From the NCBI GenBank assembly GCA_034226945.1, contig CP120453.1, forward strand, positions 620,001-684,000: a stretch of 64,000 nucleotides of DNA, read 5' to 3'. Shown here in pieces: positions 33,217 through 41,822 of the stretch (its first letter is position 1; the number at the start of each line of letters is the position of its first letter). The notes under the pieces are model-generated. The model searched no databases and was not told the DNA's origin. It saw only the letters and a program-made list of their open reading frames with translations. Made by a program: the position numbers and the translations under genes. Source of the DNA: Picochlorum sp. SENEW3. Taxonomy: Eukaryota.

Positions 33217-34332
33217 TTATGGGAGCACACGTGTAAGAAGAAGCTCGCACAAGACGGTATCTGAAGAGTCACAATGGAGCTGGTTGTGGGGTATGGTCAG
33301 CTGGGTGCACATGTTGAGTGAGAGCAAGACCGCGCCTCGATTCAGCACATGACGTTTCGACGATGCATCATCATCATCATCATGTGATGCTGCAGTCGCA
33401 TGATGTTGCACAAACGTACGGAATTCATCGGTCAACACCCTCGTTTTTTTTCCCGTGTCGTGCCTTTCTTGTGTGTATAGTGATAGTTGCCTGCAATCAT
33501 GGCTGTGGTCCCCTGTCCAACGGCACACAGAGGGCCCTCCTTCATCGTCGTGCGCCTGCTGTGTAGGATTGAACAAAAACACAGCTCTGACTGATGTATT
33601 CACATCGTCAATATGGCGTGCTATGACGAGCGTACACTGGTCAAACAGTTCAAACTCTGACTGATTTGTGAATGGATTACCACCAAACCCCAGAGGATAC
33701 GGGCTCTTCTTGTCAGTAATGACGTGAACACTGTGTGTACAGCGTGTTCCTGAAAATGCCTTGACACAAGTACATCTGTTGGATGCGCAGATACCATGAG
33801 GTACAGACCCCTCAGCTCCACCACAGTCAGAATCCCTCTGGCACAAGACTGGTTCTGGGCCTTTTCCCACAACATTGCTGTATGTCGATGTGCCATCCTG
33901 CATCAACTGACGCCAATAGATTGACTCTGAATTCTCCAACCACCTCGCTCTCGCATGCTCTCGCGCAATCTTTCTTTTCCGTGCCTCTGTTTCTGTAAAA
34001 ATCCTCTTCTCAATGGCCATCACCCTAGCATCCTCCACCAACTGCTCCAGCTTTTCTTCCAACCGCGCATTCCGTTGTATTTTTGTACTCGATATGGAAT
34101 TTGTATCAAATCGAAACAACCCCGCAACCGATTGAATATTGAACCGATGTTGCTGTTCTTCCTCTCCTACCAACGACACCTGCAACACGCCACCATCCAT
34201 CTCAGCATCATCATTGTTGAAAACCATACAAAAGAATGCATCTTTTCTTCGTACATATAAATGCACTATATAGCTCAGACACACAACACATATTCCAAGC
34301 AGCGGAGAGAACAACGACCAACGACCAACCAT
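33217..34332 (-). CDS. Unknown type II membrane protein with an EGF-like cysteine cluster
   Basis: 371-aa ORF with an N-terminal hydrophobic helix and CQRDSDC...HGICASNRCTCVKAFSGTRC. Confidence 0.65.
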   Translation of the reverse strand: MVGRWSLFSPLLGICVVCLSYIVHLYVRRKDAFFCMVFNNDDAEMDGGVLQVSLVGEEEQQHRFNIQSVAGLFRFDTNSISSTKIQRNARLEEKLEQLVEDARVMAIEKRIFTETEARKRKIAREHARARWLENSESIYWRQLMQDGTSTYSNVVGKGPEPVLCQRDSDCGGAEGSVPHGICASNRCTCVKAFSGTRCTHSVHVITDKKSPYPLGFGGNPFTNQSEFELFDQCTLVIARHIDDVNTSVRAVFLFNPTQQAHDDEGGPSVCRWTGDHSHDCRQLSLYTQERHDTGKKTRVLTDEFRTFVQHHATAASHDDDDDASSKRHVLNRGAVLLSLNMCTQLTIPHNQLHCDSSDTVLCELLLTRVLP

Positions 34333-35058
34333 AGTCTCCTCCTCTGCCCGTACTACTGCGCTCTTTTTCTAGTAGTGCACCATTATTGTTGATAGCACAC
34401 TCTCCTTGATCCTTTGATATATATTTTTGTCATAAACTACAACAAATACGGTAGTACTATTTTTGGTCGGATCCATGCCACCTATGAAAATGCTGGCATC
34501 ATCCCTCTAGATGAACAAAACATGCACCACTTATTATTATAATGGCTTGAACCAACAGAGTCCCATGCCTGGTATGATTGACCTTGACCGCCATCTGTTG
34601 GATACCTCCACTGTTCATTCTGATGCCGTCGGTGAATACTAACATGGACTAGTACAGCACCACCTCATGTGACATGGTGATGACTGCTAGGGATTTTTTT
34701 TCCTGCTTAATTAGCAAACAAAAAGACAAGACAAGAATGTCTTCCTGCGACTCATTGCCAACAGCAACCCCAAAATCTAATGTTTTAATACCGTTTATTG
34801 TCATATAGATATTCGTATACGGATCAGAGTAGCCAAATAAAGAGTATTGCGTTTCTAGGGAACACCATGTTTTAATCATAAAAACACATTGTTTGAACCC
34901 CTTCAGACAGTACCAGCCTCGCGTGACTGATAGAAATATAGTACCCACATAGATGATGCCATCAGATCCATTAGGGGGTAGATAGAGCAGAGTCAAGGCA
35001 TTCTTTTGTTGACTGACATCGTATCAACAAGCGAGTCGCGTGTGCTTTTTTTATTGCG

Positions 35059-36261
35059 ATGGATCCTCAGCAGAGTCATTCAAATTCTGAAGAAAATTCT
35101 TCATCGTACAGCAGCAGCAAATCAAATTACCCTGCTGTGTCGCTTGGGGAGGTGTTGAGGAGGTTTGGGTTGGCCCGACCAACACAGCCTCGTTTTCCAG
35201 AGACGACAACATCGAATCTATCTGGGAGTGCGCAGACCTATGGGAATCTATCACGAGATGAAATATATAATTCAGGTATCCCACCTCGGTCAGACCATCA
35301 GGGCGTCGCAGAGCAGGAGGACTACAGAATATTACTGGAAGAAGAAGAAGAAGAAGAACAAGAAGAAGAGGAAGAGGAAGAGGAGCAGGTCGGCTTCATG
35401 TACCCATCTCGTACTGTGAAATTGCTTCTTGCCGGGGGCCTTGCTGGTGTTGTGAGTAGAACAGCGACGGCACCGCTGGATAGATTAAAAATGCTGTTGC
35501 AAGTGAATGATGCAGAAAAGCGAATGACAATGAGAGAAGGCCTCAGGTATATGGCGAGAGAGGGGAGTATCAAGTCTTTTTTCAAAGGAAATGGGACAAA
35601 TGTTATAAAGATTGCACCAGAAACTGCCATCAAGCTGACGATGAATGATATTTATAAAAGAATAATTGCATCTGACCCAGATGAGATTACTCCTCCGCAG
35701 AGAATGGCTGCCGGTGCTTTGGCTGGTGCAACGGCGCAGGCAATCATCTATCCCTTGGAATTAGTGAAAACACGGCTTGCCGTGTGTCACGCTGGGACCT
35801 ACTCTGGCATGGTTGATTGCGCAACAAAGGTATTAGCGCAGGAGGGGTGGCGGTCCTTTTACAGAGGTCTTGTCCCTTCCATGATGGGAATCCTTCCGTA
35901 CGCCGGCGTAGATATTACCGTATTTGAACTCTTGAAGGAGCATTTACTTGATCAGTACGACGGTATGCCACCGCCTCATTCGATCCTGTGCGCGGGAATG
36001 CTGTCCAGCAGTCTTGCTCAGTTCTCAGCATACCCCCTTGCCCTCGTACGCACTCGTCTGCAAGCACAAGGAATCGGTGGCAAGCCATTAAAGTATAATG
36101 GAATGGTGGATGTGTTATGGAAAACGTATAAGAAGGAGGGATTTAGAGGACTGTATAAAGGATCCATGACAAATTTAGCAAAATTGGCCCCAGCTGCTGG
36201 CATCAGTTGGTTTGTGTTTGAAGAAACAAAGGTCCTGCTGGGCCTGAGCATGCGCTCGTAG
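35059..36261 (+). CDS. Mitochondrial carrier family protein (ATP-Mg/Pi carrier-like)
   Basis: Three carrier repeats (APLDRLK, YPLELVK, YPLALVR) and GNGTNVIKIAPETAIK; acidic N-terminal extension. Confidence 0.9.
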   Translation: MDPQQSHSNSEENSSSYSSSKSNYPAVSLGEVLRRFGLARPTQPRFPETTTSNLSGSAQTYGNLSRDEIYNSGIPPRSDHQGVAEQEDYRILLEEEEEEEQEEEEEEEEQVGFMYPSRTVKLLLAGGLAGVVSRTATAPLDRLKMLLQVNDAEKRMTMREGLRYMAREGSIKSFFKGNGTNVIKIAPETAIKLTMNDIYKRIIASDPDEITPPQRMAAGALAGATAQAIIYPLELVKTRLAVCHAGTYSGMVDCATKVLAQEGWRSFYRGLVPSMMGILPYAGVDITVFELLKEHLLDQYDGMPPPHSILCAGMLSSSLAQFSAYPLALVRTRLQAQGIGGKPLKYNGMVDVLWKTYKKEGFRGLYKGSMTNLAKLAPAAGISWFVFEETKVLLGLSMRS

Positions 36262-36519
36262 CTATACTCATGACAACAAATTGTAACAACAACATTTCAC
36301 GAATATATATATACATGTATGTAGAGAGATGACTTCTTCCTTTATGCCGTCTTCCTCATATTCTTCTTCTTGGCTAACACAAGTTGTATTGGGATTCTCA
36401 AGTTAAGAAGAAGACATCAAGGAGAGATGAGGGCAGATTCGATTCCTGAATAGAACCGATCGTTGCCCTCTTCCCCCCACGCAGCTCTATATTTGAATAT
36501 TTTAAAAAATAAATCTATA

Positions 36520-37642
36520 ATGGAAACGGCATCACGCTCTACTCGGAGTTTGACTCCGTCTCTTGTGTTGCGCCATGGGCCTTCTCCGCAACATTGTCTG
36601 GGAAGAGTACAGAGAACCCATAGGATCGGGCCACATGGACATGCAAAATATAGAATTGAATCGATGGCTGCTGCGGCTGCATCGTTTCCGAGTAGTAGTA
36701 GCGATGATGACGCTCCTCAGCTGGACGTGCAGGACCCACGAGGTATGTGTCTGTATTAGTATTCCATGGGATTCTGGATGCCGATGCATCAGGGTATCAT
36801 TCTCCTTGTTCTGATGCGTATGCAGGTGGTCTGATGAAGATTGTTGCGACGATTCGAGGAATCTGCTTTTATCTGACAACGTTTGCATTTGCCTCACCTC
36901 TGTTTGTGGTCATGTTGGCAGTGTACCCCTTTGTTCTCATGTTTGATAAATTCAGGTACGACCATGAGCACGTTATGTGATATACTATATATTATGTACA
37001 CATGTGTGGTGTGTATGCAGGAGACGAGCAGAGCATGTTGTCAATACATTGTGGGCTAAACTGACAACCTTTTTGTACTACCCTGTGAAAATACGCGGTT
37101 TAGAAAACTTACCAGCTGCTGACGAGCCTGCCGTGTTTGTATCAAATCATGAGAGTTTCTTGGATATTTATACCTTGTTTCACTTGGATAGGGATTTCAA
37201 GTTCATCTCCAAGACGTCAAACTTTTTAATTCCCATTATTGGGTGGAGCATGTTTCTTACCGGACATGTCATGATCAATAGGATTGATAGAAAAAGTCAG
37301 ATTGCGTGCTTGAAAGAATGCGGAAATCTGCTTCTTCATGGGGCTTCTGTGTTGTTCTTCCCAGAGGGAACTCGAAGTAAGGATGGCAAGATGCATGGGT
37401 TTAAAAAAGGAGCATTTTCTGTTGCTGCCAAAGCAAAGGTGCCAGTGGTGCCAATCACGCTGAAAGGAACAGGTGATTTAATGCCAAATAAAAAAGAATA
37501 TTTGTTATATCCGGGGAATGTGGAGGTGATTATCCATCCTCCTGTTCCACCAGCTGATGCAGACAGTATGATGAGTCAGGCATTTGAAGCCATCGCTGGG
37601 GCACTGCCTCCAGAAAAGATTGCTCCGGATGCAAGAGAGTAG
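36520..37642 (+). CDS. Plastid 1-acyl-sn-glycerol-3-phosphate acyltransferase (LPAAT)
   Basis: Introns 36743-36825 and 36956-37020 join in frame; NHESFLD and FFPEGTRS acyltransferase motifs; transit peptide. Confidence 0.92.
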
Positions 37643-37711
37643 TAGTATCTATCTATAATGAATATCGTTTTTCTTTGTATGTGATGAAGCCAAACAAAAT
37701 ATACGAATCAA

Positions 37712-38761
37712 TCAAAGGCCAAATTTGGCTTCCCACTTTGGAAGCGCAGCCACAAACACCAATGTGAGGGTTGCGTGAGGGGCAATACGAATCAAATACG
37801 TCGGGAATCCTGTGTAGAATTTGAATGGACCACCTTCCGCAAAGGTTTTCAGAACGCAGTCGATGGCTCCAGTGTATGGCATCTTGCCATTGGCATCTGG
37901 CTTCATCTTTTGCAGCTGTGTTTTGACATAATCAAATGGCAGACTGCATGCTGATGCAGCAAATCCTGCAAGCATGGCTCCTCCCAGAACATTACCGGTA
38001 GATCCCTTTTCCAGTCCAACAGACTCCAACATCTCCTTCGCCTGGTCATTTGTTGCAAGCATTCCCATGTTGAGTGCCATGGCTCTTACAACAGTTGGTG
38101 TGGCTCCTGTGAAGAGTCCTCCAACTCCTTCCTCTCTGACAATACGAACAAATGCATCACCGACACCCTTGTAGTTACGTCTCTGGTCAGCAGGCAAGGA
38201 CGTATCAGCCTGCATTCTCAACAGGGTCAAATCTGCTGGGGTACCCACAAGGGCACCCAAACCTCCAGCTGCAAGTCCACATGCAGCCTTCTGCCACAAC
38301 GGCACTGGCTTTCCTTCGTTCGCAGCAATAGCCATATTTGACAAGTTATTATAAATTCCGAGACGAGCAGTGGTGTAGGTTGCCTGGCGAAGAAGTCCAG
38401 CACTCAAACCTCTATACAAAGAGCCTACACCTTGAGTCTTGATCATATTTGTCGCCACTCCCAACTGCATGCGCGTATAATTCATGACATGAATTAGTAT
38501 ACCAAGGAAACAGAAGTAAGGAGTCGTCATGATCAGGAACATGATGAACACCACCACCCAAGAAGAAGAAGAACAAAAAGTGCTGGGTAGGGCAATAGTG
38601 ATACATGCACGTACAGGTCCTCCTGTGTCTCCCAATTGGAGGCGAACTTTAACCATATCAATAGGCTGAATAATCGCGGTGGACATCATTCCTGAAAGTC
38701 CTCCATTGACGTATGGCTTGGCCATTCCCCAGGCAGACACTTGATTCTTGGTATCAGCCAT
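37712..38761 (-). CDS. DTC: Mitochondrial dicarboxylate/tricarboxylate carrier
   Basis: QPIDMVKVRLQL, GLSAGLLRQATYTTARLG, RAMALNMGMLA. Probable 150-nt in-frame intron at 38614-38465. Confidence 0.9.
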   Translation of the reverse strand: MADTKNQVSAWGMAKPYVNGGLSGMMSTAIIQPIDMVKVRLQLGDTGGPVRACITIALPSTFCSSSSWVVVFIMFLIMTTPYFCFLGILIHVMNYTRMQLGVATNMIKTQGVGSLYRGLSAGLLRQATYTTARLGIYNNLSNMAIAANEGKPVPLWQKAACGLAAGGLGALVGTPADLTLLRMQADTSLPADQRRNYKGVGDAFVRIVREEGVGGLFTGATPTVVRAMALNMGMLATNDQAKEMLESVGLEKGSTGNVLGGAMLAGFAASACSLPFDYVKTQLQKMKPDANGKMPYTGAIDCVLKTFAEGGPFKFYTGFPTYLIRIAPHATLTLVFVAALPKWEAKFGL

Positions 38762-39281
38762 CTTTATTTCTCAGCCTGGATAGGTAACAGATACCCATTA
38801 ATTCATCAAATCATGTACATATATGCTATTTAATGGGATCAGATTTCATGATACGCGTCTCCCCGCCCTGCCAGCAATAAGCCCTCTAATCTGCTGGTCG
38901 GCGATGACAGATATACTCAACGTACACGTTGTGATGAATACTTTTACGTATTAAAATAAATGTAGATGATTGAATAAATTAAAATACACCACTGCTGAAT
39001 GGCGTTGGGGGGCCTATATAGGATTCGACCGACCAGCTGGTCCCTGCAGGGATCTCTGCCAACGATTCAGATGCAGGCTCTTAGGATACTGATCAGTATA
39101 CACCATCATGTCCGTACATTATTGCTGAGACTGAACACATGTACTCTTGATATATACAGAGTTTGCTTATACAGTCCAAATGTTGGCACATGGGAATGAC
39201 ATGGATTCTGTGATAATTGTTGTTCACTGAAGTTTGCATGTTAAGACCATCAGAACTGTCGTCATTATGGGGATTAGATGA

Positions 39282-41522
39282 TTATGCAACAAAATCACTG
39301 TCTTCAGTGTCACTTTCTTCAAAAAATTCATCAGAAGACGATGTAAAAACACCTTCTGTGCCGTCATCCGAACAGTCCCCATCGTGGCAACAATAATCAT
39401 CTTCGCTCGTGTCATCAGATGAAGAAGATGTATAGGAACAGTATGGACTGCTATCAGAATCATCACTATCATCAGAGCCAGACATGGGACCATAACATCC
39501 TGAATTCCGTTCAGTCTCAGTGAGTATTCTTGTCCCATAGGTGTCAATCAACTTTCTCACAATGTCACCATTTCCAGCACGGTGTGCTAGTGTCACTGCC
39601 TTGAAACCTTCCGTGTTGGTCGCATCGAGATCTAAACCTGCACGACGAGTCAAATAGTCGATACTTTCCTGAGAGTTACTAGCACATGCAAGCATTAGTG
39701 CTGTGTAGCCTTTGTTATTTCGAGCATTGAGATTGACCTTGCGTGTTTTATACAGATACCAGACACCATCCATATTGTCATTAGCGCATGCTTGCATGAA
39801 TGCTGTATTTCCATTATTATCTACATCATTGATATTGAATTTCCCTGTATGATACAGATAACTTATAGTTTGTAGACAGCCACGAGAGCATGCGAGCATG
39901 AATGCTGTGCAGCCATCATTGTCAACATCGTTGATATTGACTTGTCCCATTTCGTAGAGATATTTGACAACATCTTTCTTACGACCAAAGCATGCCAGCA
40001 TGAATGCTGTGCGGCCATCAATATCCCTGTCATTGATGTCGACTTCCACGGTCTTCAAGATATACTCGATACCGTCTATTTTACCACCAACACAGGCATG
40101 CATGAATGCGGTGCGCCCATCATCATCCCTGTCATTCATATTCACTTTATATCGCTCGAAGATGTACTTCATAACCTCTACATGACCACCAGAGCATACA
40201 TACATAAGTGGTGTAATATTGTTATGATATCTGTCATTTACGCCGATGTTCTGCTCCTCACAGAGATACCTGAGAATATGCAGATGACCTATGGAACATA
40301 CTGCCGAGAGTCCTGTATCGCTTGAAACGTCTGCCTTGTTGACATCGACTTCCCCTGTCTCATATAAATATTTCGCAACGTCGAGACAACCATTAATACA
40401 TGCAAGCAAGTATGCATTTCTGCCAATGGTATCCCTTTCATTAACGTTCACTTTCCCGGTCTCATACAAAAACTTGACAACATCAACATGACCTTTGGAG
40501 CAAGCCATCATAAACGGCGTATAGTCGTCATCGAAATCCCTCTCATTCATGCTGAATACACCTGTTTCATACAAGTACTTGACAACGTCCAAATGGCCAT
40601 TCGTGCATGCCCGCATAAATGCCGTCAAACCTTCACGACCTGAAGAATTGACATCTACTTTGCCTGTTGCAAATATGTACATGACAGCATCCACGTTACC
40701 AGCGGAACAAGCGGAAAGAAACGCTTCTGTTTCAATATTTAAACGCAAGTCAAGTTTACCGCCCTCGTATAAATACCTTATGACCCCCATGTGGCCATTT
40801 TCGCATGCTACCATGAATGCTGGTAGCACATCATCGATTCTCAGGCCATCGACACTAGCCTCACATAAAAACTTGACGATATGCAAGTGTCCGTTCTTCG
40901 CTGCACTTTTCAAACTCGTACATGAATAGTCTGATCCCGCGAGCTCAAGAATCCTTCGGATATCTTCTACATCAAAGCCCGCTGCACTAGCTACTTCCAC
41001 TACATTGTGCCAGCCTGACCTTGGAAGGAAGACATTGTTCTTTACTGGACTGGTTCGCTTCCTTTTACGGTCATATAGCATACATAGATCCTTTTTAGCA
41101 CTTAAACCAGCTCGGACAGTCTTATAGACTCGTAAAGGGACATAGTCCAAGCAACCGAAGAGCTGTCTAAACTCATCCACTGTCTTGGGAGGGTTCTTTC
41201 CCAGCTGAGAAGCAACTTCCTCTGGAAGGCCTCCTACCTTCAACTTCTCAGCAACCAATGTATCAAAACGACAGCCCTCTCGAATGAACGGAGGCTCCCC
41301 CGAATGCCTGGTCAAGTGTTTTTTCAGCTCCTCCTGTTTCAAAAACCCAAGCGCATACAGACTCACGCACGCCTGTACCTCTTTCAAGCAAAACACATTG
41401 CTCAAATGCTTCAAAATATGAGACTGAATGAGACCAGGGCCAAAAATGCGATCAATTCTATCTCGACGCGTGGATTTGTTTTCAGGGATGTCTTTTGCTG
41501 TTGCGCTGCGCGTTTCTGTCAT
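39282..41522 (-). CDS. Ankyrin-repeat protein A (about 14 repeats; shared N-terminal module; acidic Ser/Asp tail)
   Basis: 746-aa intronless ORF with recurring GxTAFMxACxxGHxDVVKYLYETGKVxxN units. Confidence 0.9.
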   Translation of the reverse strand: MTETRSATAKDIPENKSTRRDRIDRIFGPGLIQSHILKHLSNVFCLKEVQACVSLYALGFLKQEELKKHLTRHSGEPPFIREGCRFDTLVAEKLKVGGLPEEVASQLGKNPPKTVDEFRQLFGCLDYVPLRVYKTVRAGLSAKKDLCMLYDRKRKRTSPVKNNVFLPRSGWHNVVEVASAAGFDVEDIRRILELAGSDYSCTSLKSAAKNGHLHIVKFLCEASVDGLRIDDVLPAFMVACENGHMGVIRYLYEGGKLDLRLNIETEAFLSACSAGNVDAVMYIFATGKVDVNSSGREGLTAFMRACTNGHLDVVKYLYETGVFSMNERDFDDDYTPFMMACSKGHVDVVKFLYETGKVNVNERDTIGRNAYLLACINGCLDVAKYLYETGEVDVNKADVSSDTGLSAVCSIGHLHILRYLCEEQNIGVNDRYHNNITPLMYVCSGGHVEVMKYIFERYKVNMNDRDDDGRTAFMHACVGGKIDGIEYILKTVEVDINDRDIDGRTAFMLACFGRKKDVVKYLYEMGQVNINDVDNDGCTAFMLACSRGCLQTISYLYHTGKFNINDVDNNGNTAFMQACANDNMDGVWYLYKTRKVNLNARNNKGYTALMLACASNSQESIDYLTRRAGLDLDATNTEGFKAVTLAHRAGNGDIVRKLIDTYGTRILTETERNSGCYGPMSGSDDSDDSDSSPYCSYTSSSSDDTSEDDYCCHDGDCSDDGTEGVFTSSSDEFFEESDTEDSDFVA

Positions 41523-41822
41523 TTTTTAAGCCATCAAACATCTGCTTATGGATTTGTTTATTTAATAATAGGAATTGGTGATGTAAAACAAGTGTTTGCG
41601 CAAATCGACCGAGTCAGTTTTAAATCTGAACTTCAGATGTTCGGAACATTGTTGGTTGTGTAACCACCCGGGTGGATGAGGGGTGAATAAGAGGCCCCTT
41701 CTTCAATGGCCCTAATTAGGCCCTTATATATAATTGTATACCTTATAAGGTCCAAGCGCACATGGGCCAAGAAGGGTTGAGAATAGTGTGGCCAGATAGT
41801 TTGAACAGCCTGCCATACATCC

